Below are positions 53,239 to 63,866 of a DNA stretch of 64,000 bases, in pieces (position 1 is the stretch's first letter; every line of letters begins with the position of its first letter). Under the pieces are notes generated by a model. It saw only the letters and a list, made by a program, of their open reading frames with translations, made no database searches and had not been told where the DNA came from. A program made the translations under genes and the position numbers. Origin of the DNA: an uncultured Chloroflexia bacterium (GTDB lineage: Bacteria > Chloroflexota > Anaerolineae > JAAYZQ01); assembly GCA_963700285.1 (NCBI GenBank), contig CAVOXA010000001.1, forward strand, positions 1,504,001 through 1,568,000, given 5' to 3'.

Positions 53239-54447
53239 CTAGAGAGCTCGCGCCAGCGCAGTGAGTGCCTCTGCGACCTCGGCGAGCTTGTGACAGTCAA
53301 TGAGATCAGGTGTGTCCAAGGAGGTATGGGTCACCGTCTTCATCAATTTGGGCATGCACTCGGAGGTGAAAGCCACGGATGGAACCCCGTTCTGAACAAA
53401 GAGCATATGGTCGCCGTTGAACCACTGCTGCCCCCGAGCGAGGCCATCGAAACACCGGAATACACCCTCGGCTTTCTCTTCGAGTTGGGGAGGACATTCA
53501 TAGAAGGAATACGATGATCTTCCTTCCTTGTAGCCAACATCATCGACGTTCACGGCAAGCAGAATGCTGGGGAGGGCGTCTCCATAACGCTTGAGGTAGT
53601 CCATTTGGCCGCCCGCGCTGTAGTGGTCTTCGCCATTTAGAGCGGCAATCTCGATACAGTTCTCTCCCTGGTAGTCTGACAGCATCTCAGCGCAGAGGAG
53701 CAGGACGGCCGTGCCAGACGCATTGTCTGAGGCGCCCGGAGAATCTTCATAGGCGTCGATGTGGGCAGTGATGACGACCTTCTGTGGCGCACGCTGATTC
53801 AACCTGGCAATCACGTTTGTTGCGCTCGACGGCAGGCGGCTGGCATCTATTTTCAATCGAGCCCGGTGCCCCTGGTGCGCTGCGAGGCGATCGCCTTCAA
53901 AATCCTTGCAGTACACACTTGGGATGTCGAAATCACCATCTACAATCAAGGGAAAGGGGTACAGCGCCCCTACCTGCTCCGATCTTCTCTCTGTGGCCGT
54001 GACTATCGCCGCCGGCTTCCGGACCTCCAGAAGGGCGATGATCTCTTGGTGATGCTCAGGGTTGTAAAAGCCAAAGTTCTTTGGCATCAGCTGCTCTGAG
54101 CAGAGTGCCCTCCGCATCAGCAGAATCTTGCCCTCGCAGTCCGCGCTTTCCAGCCCCTTAACTGTCGAGATGGCCATCAGCTCCGCCGAGACATCGCATC
54201 CCAGAGAATAGGGGCTGGCATGTACCTTGAACTGCTCGTCATCGGTCGTCAACTCCGCGCCACGACAGAGATAATCCAGGCATTCAAAGGGTGTCGCATC
54301 AACATCGTAGCCAAAGCGGCGAACTGTGTTCGCAAAAAAGTCCGTCGCTTCCCTGTTTCCAGAGGAGCCCGTGCGCCTGTTTGGCTTGACATTGCACAAG
54401 GTGTCCAAGTACGATCGCGATTTTGTCAGACAGTCCAATGATTTCAT
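53239..54447 (-). CDS. M28 family metallopeptidase
   Basis: AHID, GASDNASG, GED, GDH, HTSLDT. Confidence 0.88.
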   Translation of the reverse strand: MKSLDCLTKSRSYLDTLCNVKPNRRTGSSGNREATDFFANTVRRFGYDVDATPFECLDYLCRGAELTTDDEQFKVHASPYSLGCDVSAELMAISTVKGLESADCEGKILLMRRALCSEQLMPKNFGFYNPEHHQEIIALLEVRKPAAIVTATERRSEQVGALYPFPLIVDGDFDIPSVYCKDFEGDRLAAHQGHRARLKIDASRLPSSATNVIARLNQRAPQKVVITAHIDAYEDSPGASDNASGTAVLLLCAEMLSDYQGENCIEIAALNGEDHYSAGGQMDYLKRYGDALPSILLAVNVDDVGYKEGRSSYSFYECPPQLEEKAEGVFRCFDGLARGQQWFNGDHMLFVQNGVPSVAFTSECMPKLMKTVTHTSLDTPDLIDCHKLAEVAEALTALARAL

Positions 54448-54478
54448 ACTCTGCTCCTCTGCCGGGCGACGCATGGGT

Positions 54479-55381
54479 TCACAAGCGCTTCCACTGTTCA
54501 GGTGTCAGAGGCCAGTGTAGCTGTGTACAAACCATCCGCCATCGCTCAAGCATATTGGGCGCATACAGGAAGGGGACATACCCCAGTGTCAGGTAGGTTT
54601 TGAGCGCTGCCAGCCGCCAGTCTTCGGTATAGAGATGAATGTGGCGGCAGCCTGTTTCGATGTGCCGTGCGGTAGCGGCAGCCGAGACGGCCAGCCCAAG
54701 TCCTTTACCCCAATGATCCGGATCCGCCACGATCCAGCCGATCTCGCCACCTGGCGGGCCAAATTCGCAACAGTCATGCAGCGCCATCGCCGATGCAGCA
54801 ACCTCATCGCTTCTTTCGTGGATCGCCATGGTCCAACCCTGGGGCAGAAGGCGCTCACGCCAGGGCTGTAGTTTCTTTTCGTTCCACCCGGGCCAGCCAG
54901 CCAGTTCCATGACCTCGAAGAAGCGGCTCTCGTCGCCGGGCAGGTAGGCACGCAGCGAATAGCCGGGCGGCAGCTGGATAGGTGGGGGCGAATCGAGCAG
55001 GTGCTCCGGCCAGACCAGGTGTAGCTGGTCGGCGTATTCAACTTTTCCCAAGTCGCTCATCTCAAGCATGCAGTAGAGCCCTACCAGATGTGCGGCGACA
55101 GACCGCCGTCCTGCCGCGGTCGAGTAGCCAGGATGCTGGGCCATGTAGGTGTCCACGATCAGATGGTGGACTTGAGGATAGCGGTACTCCCCATAGTCCC
55201 TGGCCAATACCTCGGTAACATGTACCGTGCACGCCACAGTATCTTGAATGGGGCAACATATGCCAATCTTTGCCATCCTGACCCTGGGCGCCGGCTGGCT
55301 TGCCATCTGGCTGAATGCTGGGACGGACCTTGCCAAAGCAGGCCCGAGGATGCTCTTGTGGCTGGCAACGCCGCACGTCAC
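54479..55381 (-). CDS. GNAT acetyltransferase carrying an N-terminal DUF5946-like fragment; start uncertain
   Basis: HHLIVDTYMAQHP..HLVGL then GEIGW..PDHWGKGLG..ALKTYLTLG. Confidence 0.65.
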   Translation of the reverse strand: MTCGVASHKSILGPALARSVPAFSQMASQPAPRVRMAKIGICCPIQDTVACTVHVTEVLARDYGEYRYPQVHHLIVDTYMAQHPGYSTAAGRRSVAAHLVGLYCMLEMSDLGKVEYADQLHLVWPEHLLDSPPPIQLPPGYSLRAYLPGDESRFFEVMELAGWPGWNEKKLQPWRERLLPQGWTMAIHERSDEVAASAMALHDCCEFGPPGGEIGWIVADPDHWGKGLGLAVSAAATARHIETGCRHIHLYTEDWRLAALKTYLTLGYVPFLYAPNMLERWRMVCTQLHWPLTPEQWKRL

Positions 55382-55450
55382 ATCTTCTCTGTTATGCGCC
55401 TTTGCGGGTGATGATCACCCCAGCCAAGTCCCAAGTCGTGCTACGTACGG

Positions 55451-56896
55451 CTAGGGAGTCCCGACGGAGGCTCCCGCGATGTCATCAAGTTGCTGTTGGA
55501 TGTCGTCGGGCAGCGGCTGCGGCTTGTGGTTTGCCAGGATGGACAACGCCTTCTCCCGGGCGCGCTGGCGCATGGTCTTGGCACCGTGGGCGAGCCAGGA
55601 CTCATAGTTGCGGCGATCGAATAGTTCGGGATACCAGTCCTCCCTGAAGTGGGCACGGGTGTGTTCGGTGCTTAAAAAGTCGCCGCCGGGGCCGACCTGG
55701 TGGATGATGTCCAAGGCCAGGGTCTCGGCGTTGATCTCCAGCCCCTGCATAAAACGCTTGGTATAGGCGATCAACTCGCTGCAAATGACAATCTGCTCCA
55801 CCGAGTTGGTCATGCCGCCATCCAGATAGCCTACGTCGTGGGCCATCTGGGCACCGGCCAGAGTCTCCAACAAGATGGAGAAGGCCGCTTCGGCAGCGGC
55901 CTGCTCATCAGGGAGCTTGGAATCGCTGCAGCCGGCCAGGCCAAAGATGGGCAGCCCGTAGCGATGGGCAAGCTCTACCAGCATGACGCGATTCGTGGGA
56001 TCGGCATAACAGTCGATGGTCGTGCGCATGTCCAGCATGCTATTGACCCCACCGGTGAGGATGATGGGCGCGCCTTCGCGCTTGAGCTGGGCAATGACCA
56101 GCCCTGCCAATTCCCCGGCGTTGGCCAGGGCGATGGCGCCGGCTGCTGTCACTGGACCGCTGGCTCCACGCAAGACAAGGGGTGTATAGGTGGTAGGCAG
56201 GCCCTTGCCTGCCAGGAAGAGCAGTTTCTGCATGGATTCCTGGTTGTGGAGCAGGGCGTTTGAAACGTTGATGTAGCAGGCACAGATGGGGTTGCGGCGC
56301 AACTCCTCGGCCCCGCCGGCGACGGCCTCTGCCATCCTGATCACGTCGACACAGCCCCCGAATGCGGTGGTCACAAAGAGGATGGGCTTGGTGCTGTTCA
56401 TCAGCATGGCCCGCATTTGGTGCCTGTCGGCGGTCTCCTGGACAAGGTCCCGGGCGAGGCAGAAGGACATGAGAAAGTCAATGTTGTCCAGCCCGTCACA
56501 GACGATGCTGGCCTCTACGATATCCTGCAAGGTACCCGGGCGGCGCTCGCCGGTGCGGATGTCGATCACATTGGGGCAATCAGACCCGGGTCCAAAGAAC
56601 ACATTGTTCCGCTCCAGGGGCATCACCCGCCGGCCGTTCCGGTCGCAGAGTACCGTTCGCTTGGGCGCCACGGACAGCGCCCACTCGATGATGCCGGGAG
56701 GGATACGCACCAGATTCCCCTCCTCAGCGGAGATTCCTTTCTTCTCAAGAAGGGCCAATGCCTCCGGCTCGTGAAGGCGTAGGCCAGTGCGATCGAGAAT
56801 CTCCAGGCTGGCGTGATGGAGGCGCTGGATCTGATCGTCGGAAAGTTTGCGAAACTGCGGTGTGTCAAAGGAGGCATAGTTGCTCTGCAAGACCAT
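55451..56896 (-). CDS. Trimethylamine methyltransferase (MttB) superfamily, non-pyrrolysine
   Basis: GASGPVTAAG, GCSDSKLPDEQA, HDVGYL, GPGGDFL; no internal TAG. Confidence 0.92.
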   Translation of the reverse strand: MVLQSNYASFDTPQFRKLSDDQIQRLHHASLEILDRTGLRLHEPEALALLEKKGISAEEGNLVRIPPGIIEWALSVAPKRTVLCDRNGRRVMPLERNNVFFGPGSDCPNVIDIRTGERRPGTLQDIVEASIVCDGLDNIDFLMSFCLARDLVQETADRHQMRAMLMNSTKPILFVTTAFGGCVDVIRMAEAVAGGAEELRRNPICACYINVSNALLHNQESMQKLLFLAGKGLPTTYTPLVLRGASGPVTAAGAIALANAGELAGLVIAQLKREGAPIILTGGVNSMLDMRTTIDCYADPTNRVMLVELAHRYGLPIFGLAGCSDSKLPDEQAAAEAAFSILLETLAGAQMAHDVGYLDGGMTNSVEQIVICSELIAYTKRFMQGLEINAETLALDIIHQVGPGGDFLSTEHTRAHFREDWYPELFDRRNYESWLAHGAKTMRQRAREKALSILANHKPQPLPDDIQQQLDDIAGASVGTP

Positions 56897-56951
56897 GGGT
56901 CCTTCTCCCTGTTGGACATCCGCGTGATAGCGCGGTCGAGTAGATGCCGGG

Positions 56952-57044
56952 TCAGTGTGCTCCTGCTAGGGTCAAAGTTGCTGCCATGTCATTGAAGGCA
57001 TCAAACTCAGTTTCAGTCATGGGTACAAGTACAAGTCGAATCAT
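56952..57044 (-). pseudogene. Possible N-terminal GNAT remnant or 30-aa small ORF
   Basis: RBS + MIRLVLVPMTETEFDAFNDMAATLTLAGAH-stop. Confidence 0.3.
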
Positions 57045-57422
57045 TGTTGTTCCCTCTTGTGAACTGAGTACACAACGCCTGCAGCGCATGAATTCAGTGG
57101 CGGAAACTGAGGTGAAGAAACCTAGGACTGCACGTCAAACGCAGGCCTGCTGCTGGATAGGTCAAGAGTTCGCCGCGTGAATGCATTATAGAGGAGAGTT
57201 CAGCGACAGTCAAGTTGTGCCGAGGGAGCCTGGATGGGGCCAGCCGAGGGGAGATCTACTCGCCTGGCGGTGTACTCTCCATGGTCGGCTGAACTGGAAT
57301 GCATGCGTCTGCTCCGAGTCCCAGCATTTGGCAGCCGCAACAAAATATGGTAGGATAGCCCAGGATCAACAGCCCGCAATCGTTCCAGCCAAACTGCTGG
57401 GAGACCAAACGGAGAGGGGAGA

Positions 57423-58247
57423 ATGCAGATCATCCTGATCGTCCTCGCGGGATTGCTGGGACTAGCCACCCTGTTGCTGGTCCTCGGTTGGCTGGGGCTG
57501 AAGGTGAGGCCCAGGCCTTTTCCCCCCTACCTCGAGCAGACGCCGGAACTCAAGACGATCCCCCTGCCAGAGGATCTTCCAGCGCCGGTCGCCCGCTTCT
57601 ACCGAGCTGCCGCCGGCGACCAAATCCCGATCATCGATTCGGCCGTGATCAGCGGCCGGGCCAAGCTGCGCTTCATGGGCATCCCCTTCCCGGGGCGCTA
57701 CCGCATCGTGCACGACTCCGGCCAGGGTTACCGGCACTATCTCGAGGCAACTCTCTTTGGTCTGCCGTTCCTAAAAGTCAACGAGGTTTATCTCGATGGC
57801 AAGAGCCGCCTCGAGTTGCCTTTCGGTGTGGTCGAGAACGAGCCCAAGGTGGACCGCTCTGCGAACCTGGGTCTTTGGGCGGAGTCAGTGTGGCTGCCCT
57901 CCATCTTTGTCACCGATCCCCGGGTTCGATGGGAAGCCGTTGACGATGTGACTGCCCTGCTCGTGGTGCCCTTTGGCGATGAGGTGGAGACGATTGTCGC
58001 CCGCTTCGACCCCAATACCGGCTTGCTGCATCTGCTTGAGGCCATGCGCTACAAGGAGGCCTCTGACGAGGACAGGATCTTGTGGATAAATGAAGTACTG
58101 GGCTGGCAGGCGTTCAACGGGGTTCTGGTCCCGTCGCCGGCCACCGTGACCTGGCTGGACGAGGGCACGCCCTGGTCGAGGTGGGAGCACGACGACGTGG
58201 TCTACAACGCCGATGTTTCGGAGTATATCCGGGCCAGGGGGCCCTGA
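57423..58247 (+). CDS. DUF6544-like membrane-anchored protein
   Basis: N-terminal [20 protein letters not shown]. Confidence 0.7.
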   Translation: MQIILIVLAGLLGLATLLLVLGWLGLKVRPRPFPPYLEQTPELKTIPLPEDLPAPVARFYRAAAGDQIPIIDSAVISGRAKLRFMGIPFPGRYRIVHDSGQGYRHYLEATLFGLPFLKVNEVYLDGKSRLELPFGVVENEPKVDRSANLGLWAESVWLPSIFVTDPRVRWEAVDDVTALLVVPFGDEVETIVARFDPNTGLLHLLEAMRYKEASDEDRILWINEVLGWQAFNGVLVPSPATVTWLDEGTPWSRWEHDDVVYNADVSEYIRARGP

Positions 58248-58364
58248 GCCTGTCCGACGCCAACCCCCGGTTCCAACCTTGGTTGGATGACGTGTCTGGC
58301 TCTTGTGTGGTATACTCGGCGTATGAACGAAAACACGGATCAGGCACGGAAGAGATACAATCGA

Positions 58365-59025
58365 ATGGTCAAAGTCAAATAGCTACCAACGCGGCAGAGG
58401 TTCCGGAAAGCACTGCTCTTACTCTCGCTGTTGCTCTTTCCGGTTACGCTCTACTACTTTTCTCCTGCCCTCATCCTGCAGGGGGCCGCGGAGGGCATCA
58501 TCAACGCCAGTTTTGTCGTATTTGGTTTGATGTTTCTGTCCTCCCTGTTTGTCGGCCAACTATGGTGCGGCTGGGCCTGTCCGGCGGGCGCCCTGCAGGA
58601 GTTCGGTGCGCCAATCAACAACAAGCGCACGCCGGGAGGCAAGTTCAATTGGGTCAAGTGGTTCATCTGGATCCCCTGGATTGGTCTCATCGTTGTCCTG
58701 GCCGTGGGCGCCGGTGGCTACCATAGCGTCGATCCCTTTTTCCAGCTTGAGGGCGGGCTACCACACCATTTGCTGGATGGCGCCCTTTATGATCATCGGC
58801 CGCAAGATCCGCAACATCGTGGGCTGGCCTTCTCTGCGACTCCAGGCTACGCCCAACAAATGCAGCGATTGCCTGACCTGCACCCGTAGCTGCCCGATGA
58901 GCTTGGATGTCAATGGGATGGTCAAGAGCGCGCAGATGGAGGACAGTGAGTGCATCCTGTGTGGCAACTGTGTGGACGGCTGCTCCAGGGATGCCATCCG
59001 TTTCTCTTTCAGCGCGGGCAGGTAG
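58365..59025 (+). pseudogene. Disrupted NapH/FixG-like 4Fe-4S membrane protein
   Basis: TAG at codon 6 (58380-58382); WCGWACP; frame break near 58757; two CxxCxxCxxxC motifs. Confidence 0.75.
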
Positions 59026-59186
59026 GCCCGGGTCCCACCCTCAACTACTCGATCGCCGGAGACTTGCGACCGAGGCGGATTGGACTCGGCCGGCGACCTG
59101 TGCCCATCATGGAGAGGAGATGTCGCCGTGCAGCGTGATGGCGAGGACCCGAACTTTCCTTCACCCTGGCCATGGCCCGGACAAGC

Positions 59187-60794
59187 TCAATCAAAGGCAC
59201 GATACGTGAACTTGCCGTTGACCATGGTTCCGGCTATGCTCACGGCCGGGTAGCTTTCTGGATCTAGGGCAAAGATGTCGCGGTCGAATAGGGCCAAGTC
59301 GGCGTACTTTTCCACGCTAATGCTGCCCTGTCGCTGCTCCTGTCCGCTGGTGATGGCGGCTGCCATGGTGAAGCCAAAGATCGCTTCCGCCAGGGTAAGG
59401 CGCTGGTCCGGATACCATGCCCGATTGAAGGGAGGCTCAGGGGCTTGCCGCATCACGGCTGCCATGATGCCCTGCCAGGGATCGACAGGAGCAAAGGGCG
59501 CATCTGAGCTAAAGACAACCAAGGTACCTGTCTCTAGTATGTCGCGGTAGGCATGGGTGGAACGGCCACGCTCACCCAGAATCTCATCCACAACGTCCCT
59601 GTCCGAGACCACGTGGACGGGGTTCATCGAGGCAACTATATTCAGTGGAGCCAGCCTTGCCCTGTCGGCGGGAGCGCAGATCTGGAGATGCTCAATGCGG
59701 TGCCGGAGTTGTTGTGGGGGAATGCCTCTCTTCGCCTCGTTGGCGCGTACGGTTTCCAGCACATCGAGTACATCATGGACCGCCTTGTCGCCGATAGCAT
59801 GGATGGCCAGGCTCAGGCCCTTCTCGCTCGCCAGGCAAGCCTGTTCTGCCATCAACGCTTTGTCCGTCACGGCGATTCCACGATTGCCAGGATCGTCTCC
59901 GTAGGGGGCGAACATCAGGGCAGAACGGGTCCCCAAGGCGCCGTCGGCGAATATCTTGATGCTGCCTATGCGCAAGAAACCATCGCCAAAGCCGCTCTGC
60001 AGGCCAAGGGCAATGGCATGGTCCATGAGGTCAACCGGCAGGTGCTTGACGATGCGTAGCCCCAGTTGGCCACGCCGGTGCAACCATTGCAGTGCACGGA
60101 AACATGCGGCGCCATCCAGGTCGTGCAGGCCGACCAGCCCTTTCTGCCAGCAAAGTTCCTGGGCCTTTCTCATGGCTTCTGCCAATTTGGGTGTGCTCAG
60201 GGCTGGGATGTGCCGGGAGACCAGGGTCACGGCCTCTTCAAAGAGAATGCCTGTGGGGTTCCCACTGTCATCTCGCTGGATCTTGCCCCCGGGGGGATCT
60301 GGCGTCTGGGCAGTGATGCCAGCAATTTCCAGCGCCCGGCTGTTCACCCATGCCTCGTGCAGGAATATCCTGTGATCGAGAAGGACAGGGCACTGTCCAG
60401 CAACACGGTCCAGGTCGGCTGCCGTTGGCGGCGATGGGTCTGGCCACAGGTCATGGGCCCATCCATAGCCGTGCACCCACTCGTCAGGTTCCTTGCTGGC
60501 CGCTGCCTGGGCCACTCGCTGGACGGCTTCTTCCAGCGAGGGAACATCGAGCAGGTCGGTGCGGATCAAGGTGGCCGCCAGTCTCTCAAAGTGGACGTGG
60601 GCATCGATCAGACCTGGCGTAACGCTCCTTCCGCCTAGATTGACAATCTCCGTACCCTGGCTTGCCAACGGCAAGATCTCGTAGTCACGGCCTACGGCCA
60701 CAAATTTCCCACGTTCTATGGCTACCGCTTCGGCTCTGGGTTTCTGTGGATCGACGGTGTATATACTGCCGTTATGCAAGATCGAGTCAGCCAT
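59187..60794 (-). CDS. Amidohydrolase family 3 (YtcJ-like)
   Basis: PGLIDAHVH, KIFADGALG, HAIGD, HRIEH, SSDAP. Confidence 0.92.
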   Translation of the reverse strand: MADSILHNGSIYTVDPQKPRAEAVAIERGKFVAVGRDYEILPLASQGTEIVNLGGRSVTPGLIDAHVHFERLAATLIRTDLLDVPSLEEAVQRVAQAAASKEPDEWVHGYGWAHDLWPDPSPPTAADLDRVAGQCPVLLDHRIFLHEAWVNSRALEIAGITAQTPDPPGGKIQRDDSGNPTGILFEEAVTLVSRHIPALSTPKLAEAMRKAQELCWQKGLVGLHDLDGAACFRALQWLHRRGQLGLRIVKHLPVDLMDHAIALGLQSGFGDGFLRIGSIKIFADGALGTRSALMFAPYGDDPGNRGIAVTDKALMAEQACLASEKGLSLAIHAIGDKAVHDVLDVLETVRANEAKRGIPPQQLRHRIEHLQICAPADRARLAPLNIVASMNPVHVVSDRDVVDEILGERGRSTHAYRDILETGTLVVFSSDAPFAPVDPWQGIMAAVMRQAPEPPFNRAWYPDQRLTLAEAIFGFTMAAAITSGQEQRQGSISVEKYADLALFDRDIFALDPESYPAVSIAGTMVNGKFTYRAFD

Positions 60795-61184
60795 AACAAC
60801 TCCCCCCCTTCTGCCCGCAAAGGCGCAGTTGAACACCATGCAGACGTCGACTGCCGTGTGGATCAGTGGAACAACGATTGTCCGAAGATACACTATACCA
60901 CAAGATAGAATAGTCGCAACTCGGGACGGCAGAGCATCACTGAGGAAGGTTGGTTGCTTGACAAGCCGGCTTGTGGTAAAATGAAAGTAGGGTAGTTCTG
61001 TCAACAGAGTGAGTGTCTTGAGGAGGAGCCCCCTCTGCCGGTCTGTACCCGGTGTGAGAGTAGCGTGCCCTGAGCGCCTTGGGCGTCGGGCGCGACCCGC
61101 AGTTAATATCTTCTTGGTGGCTCGGACTTTCTGAATGCTGAAGGCGCTTCTTCAGGCGCCCCTGGCAGGGGTCCAGACTGAAAG

Positions 61185-63509
61185 GTGAAACGAGTGATGG
61201 CCACTTCCGCAGGCCGGACCAGTAGCGCAAGTTGGGCACCGATGCTACTTGTGGTTGGGGCCTTGGTCCTGCTCCCTCTCCTTCTGGCCACGAGCCAGGT
61301 TCTCTGGGTGCGGTGGCTGGCGATCATGGTGCTTGCCTGGTGGCTGCCGGGGGCACTCCTGGTGGCGGTCTGGCGTCTCCCGGAGCTTGATCTGCCGACC
61401 GGCATCATCGTGGCATTCGGGCTCGGTCTGTGCTGGATGATCCTGCTAGGGCTTCTGGTACACTGGCTGCCGGGGCCGGTGGATCTCTGGCTTCTGATTG
61501 CTGCCTATGAGGTGGGTGCGATTGGCCTGCTGGCGGTTTTGCTGTGGCGACGGCCGCAACGGCTGGTGCCAGGAGTGCCAACCACCTGGGTGTGGTTGGT
61601 TGTGCTCCTTGTCCTGGTTTGTTTGCTGCGGATACCAGGGCTGGGCTACCACGACTTGCATATCGACGAGGTAGAGGTGTTGCGTCGCGCCAGGTGGGCC
61701 ATCGAGGGGGTCGACGAGATACTGGCCGTGCACACCAAAGGCCCGGGCGAAATCGCGGTCGCCATGGTTACCTACCGTGCCTTGGGCACGGCCACCGAAG
61801 CTACCGCGCGACTGCCCTTCGCGTTGATGAGCGTCGGTAGTGTGCTGGCCACCGCCCTGCTGGGTCGCCGGCTCTTTTCGGCAGCTACCGGCTTCTGGGG
61901 TGGGGTGCTGCTTGCTTTCAATGGCTTTGCCCTGGGCCTGTCGCGCATCGTTCAGTACCAGCCAGCCGTGCTCTTGCTCTCGGTGTTGGCAGTTCTGTCT
62001 GCCTGGGAATTCGCCCAGCGCAGCGAGGGACGCTGGCTGGCCTTGGCGGCTGTCTTTGGCGCCTGCGGCGTTGTCATGCACTACGAGTTTGCGCTCCTCG
62101 CACCAGTGCTGGCGGTACTGACCTGGGCTGGCTGGAAGCGCGCGCCCGATAGGGGAGCGCTTTTGCGCTTGCCGCTGTGGGCCACGATCTTGGGGGTGGT
62201 CTTCATAGCTGCGGCCTACCTCCCCCCCATCCTGAATCCGCACCTGGCCAAGACACAGAGGCAGCTCGGGGCGCGGATGGGTGGTTTGGGCACATTCAAT
62301 ATCCCGACGCTCGTCGAGCTGGGCACGTTCTACAATTCCAGCTACTTTTTCGGAGGGCTGATCCTTCTGGGGACAGCCGGGATCATCCTCGGCTGGCGTA
62401 GGGCACGACGGCAAACCCTCGTGCTCGTGCTGTGGTTCTTACCATTCTTGATCTTGCTTCTCTTCTTGATGCGCCTGCCTGGTACCCACTTTTACGTGCT
62501 CATGCCAAGCTGGTCGCTGTTGGCAGCACTGCCCCTCGCTGCCATGACAGAGTCAAAGGCGCTGCGGCCTCTTGTGCGCGGGGGTCTGCTTGGCCTGGCC
62601 GTCGTCTGGCTGACCTTGTCAGCTGGCTACCTGTACCTGGCCTTCTTCCGGCAGGCCCCCGAATACATTGTCAACTACGAGGAGGAGCGGCTGTCCGTCT
62701 ACGTGGCGCCATACGGCGAGGACGTGCCACTTGACCCCCGTTTCGGTTTTCCCGTCCAGGAAGGTTGGAAGACGTTGGGCCTGCTGGCCAAGTGGGGGTG
62801 CCTGCAGGGCACCTATAGCAGCAACGAAGCTTCTCGCATCCACCAGCGCTGGTACCTCAAAGACTTGGCCTACGTTGGCCCGGAGCGATCGCCCGACTAT
62901 GTCTTTGTGGCCAAGCATGTGCAAGTCCTCCACCGCAAGTACGACGATAGCTGGCTTCAGGGCTATCGGCAGGTAGGCGAAGTGCGGGTGCGGGATGAGC
63001 CGCGTATCGAGATCTGGGCCAGACAGCCTCTGCCGATGTCCTATGTGACCTATGCGTCGGAGGATTATGCCGGTGTTTTCGACAGCGTACAACCCAGCCT
63101 TGAGGGCCGGCCCGGGATGCCGGTTCAGGTACGCGGGGACAGGTTCGCTGAGGAGCTGACCCTGGAGGCCGCGGGCCTGGCCCAGACGACCTACAGGCGA
63201 GGGGATGTCCTCCACCTGCTGCTGGTGTGGCGCCCCGAGATGCCTCTGACCAGGGACTACAAGTTCTTTGTCCATGTGGCGGATGAAAGCGAGCGCCCCC
63301 TGACGCAGTGGGATGGTTTCCCTTGCTTGAACCTGGGTCGTACCAGTCAGTGGGCGGCTGGTGAATCGATCGCGGACCACGTGGTAATGCCCATCCCCGA
63401 CGATCTGCTGCCGGGCCACTACTCACTGCTGGTGGGCCTGTACGACGAGGCTAGCGGAGAGCGGCTGGGCGGCCAGGCTGTCAAGATCGCGACGATTACG
63501 ATACATTAA
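61185..63509 (+). CDS. GT-C glycosyltransferase (GT39/ArnT-like) with C-terminal extracellular domain
   Basis: Many TMs, HIDE, ARLPFAL, SRIVQY; YKFFVHV..GHYSLLVGLYD tail. Confidence 0.82.
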   Translation: MKRVMATSAGRTSSASWAPMLLVVGALVLLPLLLATSQVLWVRWLAIMVLAWWLPGALLVAVWRLPELDLPTGIIVAFGLGLCWMILLGLLVHWLPGPVDLWLLIAAYEVGAIGLLAVLLWRRPQRLVPGVPTTWVWLVVLLVLVCLLRIPGLGYHDLHIDEVEVLRRARWAIEGVDEILAVHTKGPGEIAVAMVTYRALGTATEATARLPFALMSVGSVLATALLGRRLFSAATGFWGGVLLAFNGFALGLSRIVQYQPAVLLLSVLAVLSAWEFAQRSEGRWLALAAVFGACGVVMHYEFALLAPVLAVLTWAGWKRAPDRGALLRLPLWATILGVVFIAAAYLPPILNPHLAKTQRQLGARMGGLGTFNIPTLVELGTFYNSSYFFGGLILLGTAGIILGWRRARRQTLVLVLWFLPFLILLLFLMRLPGTHFYVLMPSWSLLAALPLAAMTESKALRPLVRGGLLGLAVVWLTLSAGYLYLAFFRQAPEYIVNYEEERLSVYVAPYGEDVPLDPRFGFPVQEGWKTLGLLAKWGCLQGTYSSNEASRIHQRWYLKDLAYVGPERSPDYVFVAKHVQVLHRKYDDSWLQGYRQVGEVRVRDEPRIEIWARQPLPMSYVTYASEDYAGVFDSVQPSLEGRPGMPVQVRGDRFAEELTLEAAGLAQTTYRRGDVLHLLLVWRPEMPLTRDYKFFVHVADESERPLTQWDGFPCLNLGRTSQWAAGESIADHVVMPIPDDLLPGHYSLLVGLYDEASGERLGGQAVKIATITIH

Positions 63510-63530
63510 GTGACCCCTTCTGGATGCAAG

Positions 63531-63727
63531 GGTATTCGAAGCAGAAGCGAGGAGCAGACCGGGATGAAGGATTTCGGCAGGCAGTTTGGTCCTGAGAAGG
63601 CAGTTGAGAGGGCTGTGGGGCAAGTTTGCGGCTTGGGGAACTGCTTCTGAAAGGCAGAAAAGGGATGGGCAAGCAGGAGGCAGCACACCGGATTCATGGA
63701 ACACCTCCAATCTGCTTCGAAAGCCCC
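63531..63727. mobile_element. MITE-like / internally deleted IS
   Basis: Inverted TTCGAAGCAGA (63535-63545, 63711-63721) and flanking GCAAG direct repeats. Confidence 0.5.
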
Positions 63728-63866
63728 GCAAGCCCTGTGTTTGCCGCATGCCCCATCTCATGCTACAATAAAGCGATGGCCCGGTCTGCCGTGTTGGTAG
63801 GTTCCATGCGGGCGCCCACCTGACTAGGGGCGGGCCCATCCGACTGTTCTTCCTATGAGGCCATGA

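Noticed and set aside
56900-57420. Cobalamin riboswitch upstream of MttB
   Set aside because: No B12-box or GGGAA core recognised by eye
58380-58382. In-frame TAG as pyrrolysine, given MttB genes nearby
   Set aside because: Non-catalytic N-terminal position, the gene is also broken downstream, and both MttB genes lack amber codons
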